A stretch of 62,126 bases of DNA, filler included, from Sphacelaria rigidula (Eukaryota), in assembly GCA_964200075.2 (NCBI GenBank). It is 4 parts of 4 records of this genome, joined end to end, with 100 filler letters (N's around TTAATTAATTAA, not from the genome) between each part and the next. Parts side by side here need not be neighbours in the genome. Positions count along the whole stretch, not along the records: positions 46,673 to 62,126 come from CAXNAA020001739.1; 3 more parts are not named here. One strand, 5' to 3'. Position numbers and translations under genes: made by a program. Shown here piece after piece: positions 48,469-62,075 of this stretch; position 1 is the stretch's first letter; each line of letters starts with the position of its first letter. Below the pieces are notes generated by a model that saw nothing but the letters and a program-made list of their open reading frames with translations, did no database searches and was not told where the DNA came from.

Positions 48469-50073
48469 GGTGGCGGGGAGGGGAGGGGGACGGTTTGTCG
48501 GGATACCGGCCCACGTTTTTAGGTGTCTCTATGCATTGGTATCACGGTCACTGTCGCGCTTATTGGCAACGAGTGGTTCCACGGTGGGGTTGCAGAATTT
48601 TTTTTCAAGGCTCTGTACTTTTGGAGCCCGTCGATGACAAACATCTGGACCTTAGTGTGAAGCCTAAGAAAGCTTGTGGGCTACAATGTGCACCCTTACC
48701 GTAGGCACTCCAGCACGGAAAATGTCGCCTCAAAAGGTACCCGCCATTTTTGCGTGTTTTTCATATTAGTCGTTGCCGGTGAAGAATTTTCTCGTTGTTA
48801 CCGATCAACGGAGGGTAGATTTATGCTTTTTCACTGCTCGGAGAAGAATTGTGTGTGTGTGTGTGTGTGCGTATAGGGTACGGATCTGAAGTGATGTTGG
48901 CTTCTCCTGGTGGGTGCTTGGTATGTACGTGTGTACGTGTGTTGAAGTTATCCTGATGATGTTTGATGTTTGTTATGTCCAAACCGTGTGTTGCTGCGAG
49001 AATATGGCCCAAATGTGAAGTAATACTTTGTGGTACGCTGCAAGAGGTGATTTTTCTTCTTGTTTGAAATCTTGGATGACTGGACACGGGGGATGAATAT
49101 ATAATATGGTGTATCTGAGAAATAGACTGTGTGCCAAATTACTGTTTTTTGTGCTTTGGGAGCTATCAACACGATCGTGGCCGTTTTGTTCTCCGTCATG
49201 CGATGGTTGATCAGGGCGGGTATGTCAAATGTCGAGAACCCAACGCAATTCTCGCGCGAAAATTTGAGAATTCCCGACTTGGTTGGTGCATGTGTATATA
49301 GTTCGTATTTTTGTTCGAGTTTCTATCAAGATAAGTCGAGGGTGTTCCTTCAAGCCGTAGTCGTGTACACCTCGAAGTACGCTAGGAGGGGGTGGCACCT
49401 CGTGGCAAAAATGTGTCATACTCTTTCCAGGGAATGGTGGCGCCATTGGTTGCTTTATCGCGGGGGTGGTGTTCGTTGCGTTTGCGTTGCTACTGTCCGC
49501 CTCGTTTGCTCGTCTGCCTGCCTTGCTTGGTTTGTCCATTGGTGGTTGTGGCGACCAGTGCGTGTTGGTGACGTGGGCAAACTAAATATCTGCCGAATGT
49601 GCCATGATCGTCGAGGGCGAGATGCGGGCAGCGGATTTTGATTGGCACATGCCCTGTGCTGCACGATATCCTTGCGTTGGGGGATTACATGTGGTGGAAA
49701 ACCAGTTGACCCATCATGCAAGGACTCTCTTGCAATGCTAGAGATGACGAGTCGTTTTCAAGGTGGCTTCACCGAGAGTCCGAGGAACCTTTTCTAATAA
49801 TCCCACAAGTGGCATGCACCATACATGAAGATAGATAGATCAACATTTTAGGTTTGGAGTGAGGTTTCACGTGCACGTGATCATACCAGAAGCAAATTAA
49901 GGTCAAGATACCCGACGGGTATCATCAGGGTGATCGATCGCGGAGTTTCGACCTCTGGGTCATGACTCGATTCGTCTCGAATATTGAGTAGATGACCGTG
50001 GTACTGACGACGATCGCAATTGTTGCGTGAAAAAATCACGTGATGAAAAGCTGTTTCGGCCGGAGTAATGCTA

Positions 50074-50278
50074 CAAGGGTAGGTTGAGTGGAGTATACTC
50101 AATTGCGGGGTATTTTGAAAGTCGTACTTGAAGTACACAAATTGGGGGTAGAATATCAGGATTCACTTCCCGGCTATTTTTTGGGTACGACTCACAACAC
50201 TCTACCCTAACTTGAGTACCCGAAGTACGTATTTCAAAATACCCCGCAATTCAATATACTCTACTCGACCTGCCCTTG
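50074..50278. mobile_element. Fold-back MITE-like element
   Basis: CAAGGGTAGGTTGAGTGGAGTATA...AATTGCGGGGTATTTTGAAA / TTTCAAAATACCCCGCAATT...TATACTCTACTCGACCTGCCCTTG. Confidence 0.75.
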
Positions 50279-51437
50279 CAATGCTACGCTAGGGTTGCAC
50301 TTTTTGCGCGTAATCTTCTCTGGTTCAAGGGCTCTTACAGATTCAAGATTCACAAGAATATGGATCGGGGCACCACGTTTGCGAATTCATTCGGGACTCT
50401 TGAGCACTACACAGTGGAATAGTCACCCTGGCGTACGCTCACACAATTTATGAGTCGTGCTTGGCATGAGATGAAGGGCTCATGACAATTCTAATCTCGG
50501 AAAATAGTGCACCCCTACCGCAGCATCCCTCGCCGGGAGTTTCGTGTATGGTGACTGTTGTTGCGCACGTGGTGGGCGTGTGGGTCAATTCTCAAGGCTT
50601 GACTTGGGTCAACCCTCGAACGCTGATCCGGGCGGAGGGGGAATTAGAAATATCCCACTGTATTGTAAATTCCCATCTTCGCGTGCGTGTGTGTGAGACA
50701 ACACTCGAAACGTTGATTGGTGGGGGGTTGCTTGCGAACCGCGAAAAACACCGTCCTTGTTATTTGCGATCACGAGAGTAACTTCGAGTGAGTCAATCCG
50801 TATGGCTATGAAATCATGATTTCATGTCTCATGAAGGGCGAAGCAGGTTTCTTGCCATCTAGGCCGCTGATATTCCTGAGTAGGATATCGATGTGTAGCT
50901 GTGAGCAGACGCCAGTGTTTCAAGCAGAGGAAAGCACACACAGAAAAAGAAATTGATCGAGTCAAAGCGAATGATCAAACCCGCTCGCAATCAACGCTCT
51001 AATCTCAATCTCACGAAAACACAGTTAGAAGTGGTCCCACTCGTGATGATAACGAAAAACAACTCGAGGAGGCAGGAAAAGTTTGCCCTAGTGATGAAAA
51101 AAATCAAAGCACAATTTTCGAACTGACGACGCATAATCCTGACCTGATGCATTGATTTAGTACCTTATGATGGAGGTATGTTGAGCTTCGTTTGAATTTG
51201 TTTACCGTACTGTCCGATAGATAAAAAGTTGGGTATTGGTGTGAATAACGAGGACTGTTTCCCTGTGTTACAGGCAGCTTTCGAACAAAAAATCACCGCC
51301 ATCCGCGGTATACGACAGATGATTCCGGAAAGTGGGCGTGAGAATATCCATGAGAACGAAATAAGGTCCAGAAAAAAAATCGATTTATGCCCTGAAGGGG
51401 GCACTTCTAACAGACAACTCTTATCAATGAAAAGAGT

Positions 51438-51768
51438 TTCAAGCCCAAAACAGTTCTTACCCCACATTTTCAGCGATGGTGCCCGATGCATGTCTTGTCG
51501 GCCTAATGCCCCCCGATCGCGTAGATCCTTCTTCAGCGCATTTTACCGACTCTGTGAGCTTACAGCGCTGTCCGAAACCGTCATTTCCCCTGGTTTCTAG
51601 GGTGGGGGTGTCACCAGGGAAAACGGCGGTTTCGGTCAGCGCTGTAAGCTCACAGAGTCGGTAAAATGCGCTGGAGAAGTATCTACGCGATCGAGGGGCT
51701 TTAGGCCGACAAGATAGTCATTGGGCACCATCGCTGAAAATGTGGAGAAAGTACTGTTTAGGCTTGAA
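51438..51768. repeat. Near-perfect palindrome, ~157-bp arms, 18-nt loop
   Basis: CAGCGCATTTTACCGACTCTGTGAGCTTACAGCGCTG / CAGCGCTGTAAGCTCACAGAGTCGGTAAAATGCGCTG within longer arms. Confidence 0.92.
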
Positions 51769-53640
51769 CCTTATTTTGTAGAAATGTCTGTTTCCTTCTG
51801 CAGTTTCATCATCAATTTTCTCATGCCGCGAAAAAAAGAAGTTCCTAAAAAACATTCGAGAGACCACGGAATCATCTTGCCCACCAGGAAACGTTTAGAG
51901 TGGGGCTAAATTTGCACCGTACTATGAGCTGAGATCAGCTCTTCAGAGTAGATCGATCGACGGGTGGGCCATGTCAACGTAACGACACACTTCTTCTCGC
52001 TGACCCAGAGACCGGATCTTTTACGAGTATCGGAGCTCGGGGAATTTGAATGAAAACATCAATCTTCGGGTCTTCAGTGGGGTTGCTAGGCCCAGGTGTT
52101 CCAAGTCTGCACAGAACGCTCTATGGTCCAAACTGGCGTCGTAGGCATCGGTTTGAGCTGTGCCAATGCACACTTAGCCTGGAGCAGCAGCCTGTGCAGC
52201 CTTTGCACCTCAATTGCCGGAGAGGTTTCAGTATGCCTTGGGTTGGGGTTAGGGCTCGCGTCATTTCTTTGATGTATCAACCATGAATAATTCGGACGTC
52301 AAGAAAGGTCAAGACAAGACATGAACGTCAAAATCAAACGTCATCTTCCCCCTCACGCCCTAAAACAGAAAAGTTTTCAGCTTCATGTGTACGAGTTCTC
52401 CACAGCGGAGGTCTTGAAAAGCGACAGTGTACTTGTGTGATCCATGACGAGGGAGAGGGAGGGAAGGCAATACAGACCCGCAGAAAAAACACACACAATC
52501 CATTTCATCAGTTTTCCGTCCAGCACAGCCACGAAAACGCTCAGATTCACCAAAGCAGCCGCGGACAACCAGCACCCAGACAGCTAGCTCACCAAGTTGG
52601 TCAGCCTGCAACGTATCAGGAAAACTAGAGCCCGAAAAATCAAGGGACCCACAGGGGAAAAAAATTCTCCCCAGCTTGGAAGAGGAGGAAGAGGCAAAAA
52701 AGTTGTTTCGTTTTTTCATCTTCTCCTTTCTGCTCTTGCAGCGGTGCATAAAAAAAGCTCACGAAAACCTTCGCGCCACGAATACCCTTTCCCTCCCCTC
52801 TACGGATGGTTATCGTCTTGTGTGGTTTGTAAATGTTCAACGTTCACGCCTCCTCTACGCCTCCTTCTGCCTCTGCCTCTGCCGAACGTTCATCACTACG
52901 TCTCGTTTCCGCGCCCGACTTCGCCCCACCATCCCCCACCTACTGTACTAAACAGTAAAATACGAGAATGGGAACAAAACGGGGACAAAACCTCCCCACC
53001 CCCTCAAAACCCCCTCTCGGGAGAGTCATTTTCGATCGGCCCTCTACATACCGTCCGTATTGTCCCTTACATGAGGGCCGAGACATATTAGCCCGACACA
53101 AAACTCGCAGATGGTGCCGAAACTTTATTAACGCACGCGGTGGAGTAGCGGTGCGGTACACAATCAAATCGGTGGAGAGAAACAACATATCCTCGTCGTC
53201 TTTCGATGAGAGAACCGAATCAATCACCGATCCAAACCCCCACATGAGCCACTGTTTCACCCGGGTAACAGGAACAAACGAGGGAACGGAAAATTGAGAG
53301 AGGTATGCTGCACGCGCACAACATGTAGGCGCCCGGGGCGGATGCGTGCTAGAACGGGAAGCGGGGTGGCGGCGAAGCCCAACCTATGAAAGCTCCACTA
53401 AATGGAAAACATCACAAAACACACAAAAGAAGTGCAAGAACAAGACGGGGTCATTTCAACTTCCCTCACGGTTTCCTGCTCCTTGTTTTTATCGTTTTGA
53501 AAGCTCATTTCCTGCTCGCTTCAAGTAAAGGAGGGGAGAAAAATTCCACATGATATTCTCTTCATCGTGTAGTGGTCCCTCGTTTTTTTCCCCCTCCACT
53601 ATTTTCGTGCTCTTAAATTTTCTCTGGTGCCATTTTCCTC

Positions 53641-56600
53641 CTACTTCGCCACGATTGCAGGCGCCTTGACGGCCACCGTCTTCTTCGTTATCTTCTCGTA
53701 CACTTCCCGTAGCTTGAGGGCCACCAGGGTCTGCAAGAAACCAGTACCGTTGTTGGATCCAGGAGAGTCCGCCTGCTTGAGGATGTTTTGGGTCAGCTCT
53801 CCGTAGAACTTCGTTCCTGTGTTGGACAGGTGGGACTCCACGTAGATGATCTCCTGTTGGGGGAATGTGGAAAAAGTGGAGAGGGGGGGACGGAATGAGC
53901 GTTTCATGATGAGATGATGAGATGATGAGCTCATGATGAGAGAAGAGTAGATGAAGCCAGATTTCAACCATAATACTTCGCAGTCTACATTTGGCTGATG
54001 GCTCGTTCATTACTGATGGTCGCACGTCAGCTATAATGGGTCATCAACATATTGATAGTTGGAAACTGGGTCAAACAGCAGAGGCTATTTATTTTAGTGA
54101 AAAAAATCCCCCCGTCTTCCTTGGGCGACACAATGTTCTTTCTCTTCCTCTCTTGCGCAAAAAACACGATACAAATTTACGACAGGACAGTGCTGCCAAA
54201 ACAATACAGAAACGCTGGCGGTACCTGAAGGTTGTCGAACTGGCCGTCCATCTCGATGACGGACACCTCGTTGTCGTAGTACGTGTCAGGGCCGTAGGCG
54301 AACTTAATACCCGGGAAGGAGCAAGTCAGCTTGCGTCCGCAGGGCACCCACGAGATGCTGGACCCCTCGTCGAACAGGAAGGCGGTCTCGAAGCAGTCCA
54401 CCCCTTCCTTCTGGATCATTCTCGTGCGAAGGATCTTTCCCTCGGTGTCATCGGGAATGAGCTGCGTCGGCAGGACCTGGATGACGACGTCTGCCTGGCT
54501 CCGCTGGGGAGCGATGTAAGCGTCGAAGTCGGGCTTGCGTGCCTGTGCGGGGAGAGAGGGAAGTGACAGTCAGCGTAGACGGGACGGGGGGATGGGAGGA
54601 TGGGGTATTGACTCGATCCGTGGTTGTTTCACCATAACGTACGTATGATGGGTCTCATGAGCGGGCCTTTTTTTTATCCCGAAGTCTCCGAAGCAATAGA
54701 TCAATTCAAGGCTGCTACAGATTTCTAGGGAAGTTTTCTGTCAGATTTCTTCAGCAATGTGTTTTTGGTATAAATCGGAAAAAGTCCATGTTCTCGGAAA
54801 AAGTGAAACAGCAAACATGAAGAAACCGCCTCGTTGGTAAAAGATTGAACGGTTGGGACGAATCATATCGGAATCGATCACACTACATTCAAGCCATTTC
54901 GATACAAATCATCAACTCGTTCGACATCTTCAGATTGTCCTGTAAAAAGGGGAATTCGATCGAGTTTTCCAGGAAGGATGAGCTGCATCCCGCCAATATT
55001 GCTCGGCCCAGAGCGTACTGATTTGTTCTGCATATGGATGACCTACAACGAGTTGTTTCATTTTCTGTTTCGCCATTTTCATAGACAGCCACAACTTACC
55101 CTGTATGATGGGTGTCTGTCTTCACATTGAAACACCACGTATTAGGATCATACTACTTGAGTGGAGTTCGTGTTTACTTCCGGCACAATATGATCGGGCT
55201 CGACCATCACCATGGCTAGCACACAAGAAAAATAAGCAGGGTGTGCTATGATTTCGCGCGCTGTGGCCATGAGACCGCGCGTGGGGAGGGGAGGGAGGCG
55301 ACCCGCCAAACAAGATAGCAATGACCACGATGCGTAACACCAGCAAAAAAAGGCGTAAGGTCAACAGGGAAACGCGCTAGACGCGATAGAGAAGGATATC
55401 AAATATATAATGGGGGGTAAACAAAGGATGAGGGATGACATGAGATAATATTTCAAGGGTCGGACAAATAATGATACATCTGTAAATGACTTGGTTTGAG
55501 TATCATGAGTCGACTCGTGACGAATCAATTAGGCTTCACTTGAGCGTTGCGACCCAGGTACACGCAGCCCTGACACGTGGAATGGCGCAAAATTTGCGTG
55601 GATACCACTTGGACCGGCGATCAGCTTTTTTCTCCCTTTTGGGCAATCAGGCCGAAGAAATCGTGAATTTGATGATTTTGAGTCGTGATGATTTGTCCTA
55701 ACCGTGTAATATTTTCTTGAGGTACATCTGCAAAAACACTCTGTCGCCAACACGGAACAGATGTCATGCCAACATACCCAAACACTGTCGTGTGGTACGT
55801 TCCTTCAGATAGAGGCCTACCCCTTGTTCACACAGTTCACCAACGTCAGGTGCTCAATTCTTTGAACCTCCCCGCCCCGTTCCCCTACTATTATACCTCA
55901 AGAAACAAACACCTCAGGACACTGACGTGTATCTGCGATCACGGTTTTGAGAGATCGGGGTGAAGTGTGGAAATAGTACTAGTACAGTGACGAAACTGAC
56001 AAGAAACATGAATCAACAGCAGTAAGATAATGATAAATCGTATACACATATACATATATTTCACCTCGATGGAAGCCTTGATGGACTCAAGGGAGTGTCC
56101 TCGCTCCATCATGTCCCTCTGGATTTTCCACGCGAACTTGATCTCGTCTGAGATGTCCAGGTAGATCGTGAAGTCCAGCAGGTCGCGAACGCGGTCGTCG
56201 ACGAAGGGGTGCAGGCCCTCGATGATCACGATCGGGGTGGGCTTGATCTCCTCGGGCGTGTCCAGGGTCCCGTTGACGTGGTTGTAGATCGGCTTCATCA
56301 CCGACTTGCCGGCCTTCAGGTCGCGCAGCTGCTCGTACATCAGATCAAACCTCTGCTCGTCCGTGTGCAGCGCGGTCTTCCCCGACACCTGAAACAACGG
56401 GATCATGTTCCAACCAAAGTAGTATTACACCAAACGACAGATCCCTCATTTCATTATCGTTTGTTCTTTGCCCCATGTTTTCTGGACATTTGGAATCCTT
56501 CACGGCCTCTCCCTCCGGACGGGTCCTGTGTTTGGTAGGAACACCACATTCTCTGCCCTCGGTACACGACTCGTGATTCGGTACAGGTTGTGGTTCAAGA

Positions 56601-59600
56601 TTTCAACCCGAAATCCCCTCATCAACGATGTTTACATCGATTCATGCAGTCAAGATTTGAAGTTGTTGCCCACATGTACCACGGGGGATTTCGAAGCTTA
56701 CTTTCTTGGTAATTCATCGTTCATCGGGGGTCCCATGGTCATGGAGAGCAACATGCCTCTTCTGTACCTCCGATAATCGGCAGGGAACAAAACCGTTCGT
56801 TCATAGCTCCAATATGCGCCATATTATCATCTGTGTGCAATTTTTCGAAGTCTAACTCCAAGAATCGGCGTGAACAGTGGAGATTTTGTGCGATAAAAGT
56901 AGGGCTTGGAAGGTACAAACTCTCAACTACTTCGTTTCAGTTTTGAAACAACTTTTTCGGGAACATGCGACATCAGAAACGACTCAAGTAAAACAATTTC
57001 TAGTTACGCCAAGACACCTTGTACAAATTTTCCCTCGACTACGCCGGGACGCAGAATTTATTCATTTTTCAATCCACACGCATTCTCTACCGGCTTCCAG
57101 GGGTCTCCACGCGGGGATCTCCAGAAGCTGGTAAAGCGCAAATACTCTTATTTTCCCCTGGAGCACCGATACCTACTGATGCTCCAAGTTCGAGGGCGGT
57201 CGGAGCCTTTCGAAGACAAATACAAGGAAAACCGTGGAGAGCCTTTGTGGATTTTTTCACCATCACCAGTAGATATCCAACCACAGTTTTGGGTATGATT
57301 CGATCCCCTGAAACTTTGTGCGAATCTGTTTGTTTCCGGTCAGGTTCCTGGGCTGATGGAGGGTACGAAAGTGTAAAGCATGTGGAGATTAGGTTGAAAT
57401 CAGGTAAAGAATTATGTTGCACCGGAAAAAATGTTCCGAATAAGGTAACGCGCATTTCTCAACATTTTTTTAATAAGTTGTCGACGCTTTTGCACCAGAA
57501 AAAATGTTCCGAAATTTAGATCACCAATGACATACGAGGAAAAACAACAAGAGGGGGCAGACGGTAGGGGCTTCACATATACCCCTTGTATACCGTGTCG
57601 AAGTTTCATGGAAAACAACTTCAAATTGAGCAGTGAAATCGCGTTTTTCTGCCGAGAGCCGGTTCACTTGCTTTTAGAGCACAATAACCTCAGCCGTAAC
57701 TTCGACGTTTTCTACAAGCGTGACGCCTTGGCGCGCTGGAGGTCTCGTCTGCGTGCCATCTCAGACACTGCGCGCCCACAGTACGACATGCCTTGTTGTA
57801 CAACCAAAACTAGTGCAGCACCATCACTTTGCGGTGGCGGCACAACTGGCTGTGACCGTAAATGCGATTCCAGCCGTTTTTTCCTTCTAATTATGCCGCA
57901 CATGCCACCCTCAACTCTTCACACTCCGCAGCTGACTGCAGTTTGGTATTTCGTTTGATGGGACGTGTCAGATCGCGGTGCTACGTGAAGTGAAAGACGC
58001 GCGTTGATTTGCAGATAAGCACGATGTGTCATAGTAGGCACAACTCACGATAGATCATCAGTTACAACCGGCTAAAGGAAAGTCCGCTTCTTAGGCGTCC
58101 CACCCTGTTGCATGCGACAATTGGGTGGCAGGCATCACGTAAAGGCATTTTTCTGACGACTGAATCTTGGGTCCGAAGCGTGAACTAGCTCGTATAGCGG
58201 GTTTGGATCAACACTCACAAACGTTCTCACTGTGTTGATCCACAGCTAACCCCGCTTTTCCATCAACCCCGGATATCGAACCCGCAGTCTTTCTGTGAAG
58301 GATAAGGGGAAGCTAACTTCATCATTCCCCCACGAGAGAATCGCTACTCCCCCACATCGTAGCATCCCCGGCCCGAGCACGCAATGATACATCTATCTCT
58401 CGCACCCTACCGATACCACTACGTTCTCCTCTCTGATATCTCCGGGTGCTTGCACCAGCAGTGTGTAAGGCTAGCGGCCTAGAGGACGGGTACGCGCCGC
58501 GCGCCTGCATCAACATTTCACCCGGCGAAATCAATGGGAGCTCCCGACGCCCAGGTACTTACTGCTCGACCGACGCAATCTTGCTAAAACGTGAAAGCGA
58601 TGGCTGCAGAAGCTACTGTTGGACCGAAGCTATCGGGCGAGAACGCGACTGTCCTGGTAGCAGCAGCTACTGTTCGACCTAAGCAATCGGGCGAGAGCAT
58701 GAGCGTGACGGTAGTGGTGGTGGCAGGAGGAGGCCTGTTACCATCGCTCTCACGTTCTCGCCCGATTGCTTCAGTCCAACAGTAGCTGGGCGTCGAGGGC
58801 TCCCCCTGATTGCGCTGGGTGAAATTTTGGTGCAAGCGCACGTACCCGTTCTCTAGGCCGATGGCCTTACACACTGCTGGTACGAGTGCAAGCACCTGGA
58901 GATGGTAGAGGGGGAAATGTCGTGCATCCTACAAAGAAACGTTCTGGAGTAACAGTTCACACTCACTTCATCCAAGTCATGTACGTTGGGACTGCTCTCT
59001 TCGTCGGGGTTCTTCATCTCATCTACATTAGTCACCTCTACTCGGAGTATCGGGATAATTTCATGGATGCAAATCATCTGTGTGTAAGTCAAACTAAGTG
59101 CAGGAAGCAATACCACGACAGGTTTCAGGTCTGGCTCGTACCAAACTACCCAACTGCAAATAAATTTCGGAGAATCATCTCACTGGTCAATCATTTACTG
59201 TTCCGAGGGTGTGCGTGTTTTGTGTGTGCAGCACATGTACAACATAACTTTGTCAACGTCCAACACCACAGCTTGACTACTGGTACAGCACCCTAGAGAT
59301 CGTAAAACATGGAAGAGGATTCATGCCATACCTGCACGCTACGACCACGTCATGATCCAATTTGAGGCGAAAATCGATACAGAAGAAAATGCTTTCACGA
59401 CACGGACATAACGGATGCGCACACAGTCGGTAGAGCACGACATGCTGTACACACACTGAAGTACGGCACACACCTTGCGTCCCCCGCGGTCGTTAAGGTG
59501 ATAGTCATCGAGACACAGCACGGTGGTGAGGTCGGACACCAAAGAGTTCGTTTCCCAGCCGCCGTTTTCGAACCCGCCTCCGAGGGGTCCCACGGTGTCG

Positions 59601-59680
59601 CCCCCAAAAATGCTGGTGAGCCGACGCATGAACGTAGACTTCCCGCACCCCGAATCTGCCGCTACGCCGATAACCACCAC
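53641..59680 (-). CDS. PRK: Plastid phosphoribulokinase; exons 59680-59474, 56388-56065, 54542-54225, 53853-53641 (targeting-peptide exon not seen)
   Basis: Four phase-0 GT-AG exons: VIGVAADSGCGKSTFMRRL, CLDDYH, KPIYNHVNGTLD, EGLHP, KFAWKIQRDM.ERGH, ARKPDFDAYI, WVPCGRKLTCSFPG, GSNNGTGFLQTLV; stop at 53641-53643. Confidence 0.98.
55454..55706. mobile_element. 253-bp MITE of the CA...TG / 8-bp TSD family in a PRK intron
   Basis: Ends CAAGGGTCGGACAAAT / ATTTGTCCTAACCGTG. TSD TAATATTT at 55446-55453 and 55707-55714. Confidence 0.8.
58438..58903. mobile_element. Fold-back MITE with long TIRs and ~50-bp internal repeats, in a PRK intron
   Basis: ATCTCCGGGTGCTTGCAC..CAGCAGTGTGTAAGG / CCTTACACACTGCTG..GTGCAAGCACCTGGAGAT; the unit CTACTGTT.GACC.AAGC.ATCGGGCGAGA is repeated. 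Confidence 0.8.
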
Positions 59681-61208
59681 CTGAGTTGAAATATATATAT
59701 ACGTTGCACGATGTTTTCATATATTTGTCACTACTAAATACGTGTATGAGAACCTGATTTAGGCGTCAAGTATCTATTTCTTACATCCATGGGGGAAAGA
59801 ACAAAAAAACAAGAAAAAATTACTGGTGTTTGAACTCGAGTTGAACGTTTAAACGCAACCGCCATATACACGAAGCGTGCGGTCGAATAGAAACCTCGTT
59901 TTTTTCCTGCTACAATTTACCGTGCGTGACGGCGCACGTTCATGCCTCCGCCATCTCAATCGGGGGTGGGGGACAAGCAAACGTCCCGGACACTGCTGCT
60001 TCTTCTCGCCATGAGTCATCTTACGCTGGTCATACCCTCGTCAGTGTGTAAATGGTAGCTTCAAAAGTCGGGATTAATAGGTGTGATGTTGTTTGTTGCA
60101 ACCATAGATTTATGCGCGTGTATTTTTCGACACGTGTGAGAGGCGCCGTCATTCAACACCTCAAGTGCACCTACATGGATACCGTATCATTAACGCCCCA
60201 AGGCAATAAAAACATTTCCCTGCCTGAATGAAATATAAGAAGCATCTTAGAAAATTGCGAAGTGGCTGAAGGTAATTTCGATCTCTACAAGGGAAAACAA
60301 AAAAGGTGACGCTGAGGTTTCGGGCCAGCGAAAAAATAGGATGATAGGAAAAAATGGGCCACCTGGTGATACACAACGCAATAATGCATCGCAACCGTCT
60401 TCAGATATAGGGACCAAGACATCAGGAATCGTGTTAAATTGATGCTTGGCGACAAGCAACTCGTGCATCCATTGTGCCGAATAAGCATCCACAACGTGTG
60501 TTGCCGCAAAAAACGGTGAAAACAGCGTGGGTATACGGCGCGCGAGGACTGTATCTCCGCTCCTTTCTTCTGCGTTTCTTTCATCAAGTTATCTACAAAA
60601 ATAACAACAACGAGGGTTGGGTTATGTTATGCCTTGTAGCGGCACTACGCGTACAGAGGCTTGCTTCCGCAGTGAATCTCTCATATTCTCTTGTTCGATC
60701 AGAAATAAAACCATGGAGGAACAACGGAAAAAATGGGTCGACGAGTGTGGCACAAATCGCGGGCGAATTACACAGAGCTCAAGCACAAACACCAGGGGGG
60801 CACACAGAAAGCATGTATGGATGAATGGAGCGGGCACGAGGGCACCGTTCCGAAGTTGGACTGTATGTACAGGTCATCTCATTCCAGTGTCCTGATAACA
60901 TTGAGACGGGTGTTGCTCATGACAAGTATATTGTCACCACCTGACGGCGCGGGGACGCGTAGGCAGGCGCAAAATGAAAGTGCTTACACTCCACCTTCTG
61001 ACAGGGCTGGAACATGGCATGAGAGTGCAAAGGGAACTTTTGTATAGCCCAAAAACAAGACGATTAGAGCACTCTTGATGAACCATGTTGGGGGGTATAA
61101 CGACGTGTCACGGAGCACGGCCCATTCAGGAAACAAAGAACATAATTAAAGAACTCTTCTTAGCAAGAAAAAGGGGGTGACAGCGGGAGGGGGCGGACGC
61201 AAGCTCAA

Positions 61209-61410
61209 CCCTTGGACCTCGATGCGGGTAGTCCATCTGGATCACAGATACTTCATCAGGTGAAATCGATGCCGACTCAGCAGGTAACCTATCCTCGTCG
61301 TCAAAGGGTTAACCCTTGGACAGCGAGAGTAGGTCATCCATTGAATCGGCATGAATTTCACTTGAAAAAAGTATGGATGGTCCACATGGACTACGTTCAC
61401 GGTTGAAGAA
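61209..61410. mobile_element. Two oppositely oriented piggyBac-like MITEs sharing one TTAA (61309-61312)
   Basis: CCCTTGGAC...AAAGGG|TTAA|CCCTTGGAC...AAGAA|TTAA; interiors homologous to 30193-30291. Confidence 0.75.
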
Positions 61411-61976
61411 TTAACGCTGAAGATCTGTACAGACCACCCTGACATTGAGTTGACAGTAGTGTGCAGCATATGTTTCAGTAGGGGGTGGCTTTCGTTCTTG
61501 GTATTGGATAACGTCTCAACACTTGGTCAAGAGGAGGACTTACTAAACAATCCCTCTAGTACAGTACTACGGTCAAAGAATTTTCATCCCGTGTGCGGAG
61601 GCGTTTGCTGCCGTCGGGGACAAACTGCCAACGTAGCGAAATCGAATGAAGAAGGAGGGAGCTCGAAAAAGTACTCTTCGACAAATCAGCCCAGTTGAGG
61701 GTTCGATCCACCATCAGAGGTCGTGATTGATAGTACCAGTCAGTCGCAACAGTCGAGTCAAAGACATGTGTCGAGCATCGAAATATCGCAACAAATACCT
61801 GCCTCGTGCTGCCCTCTTCCGCGTGTCGTGTATCAACTGTCTCCACATGATATGAGCTATAATTGTCAGGCCAGAAGGAGGAAGCGAAAAACGAGATAAA
61901 TCTCGATAAAAATTTGCTCGATCGAAGGCCACACTGCTCGACGCGCAGACTTTCGCGGAGGGGGGAAGTAGGGGCG

Positions 61977-62075
61977 TGTACTCATGATCATGCATGACAA
62001 AGTCATCAGGCTATTGACCTCGCATCCCTACAAAGCCGGGACGGAGCACGCCGGGTTTTCGCCGGACCAGGCTCG
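61977..62075 (-). mobile_element. Variant subfamily copy of the structured retro-motif
   Basis: GTACTCATGATC...AAGTCATCAGGCTATTGACCTCGCATCCCTACAAAGCCGGGACGGAGCAC. Confidence 0.65.
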
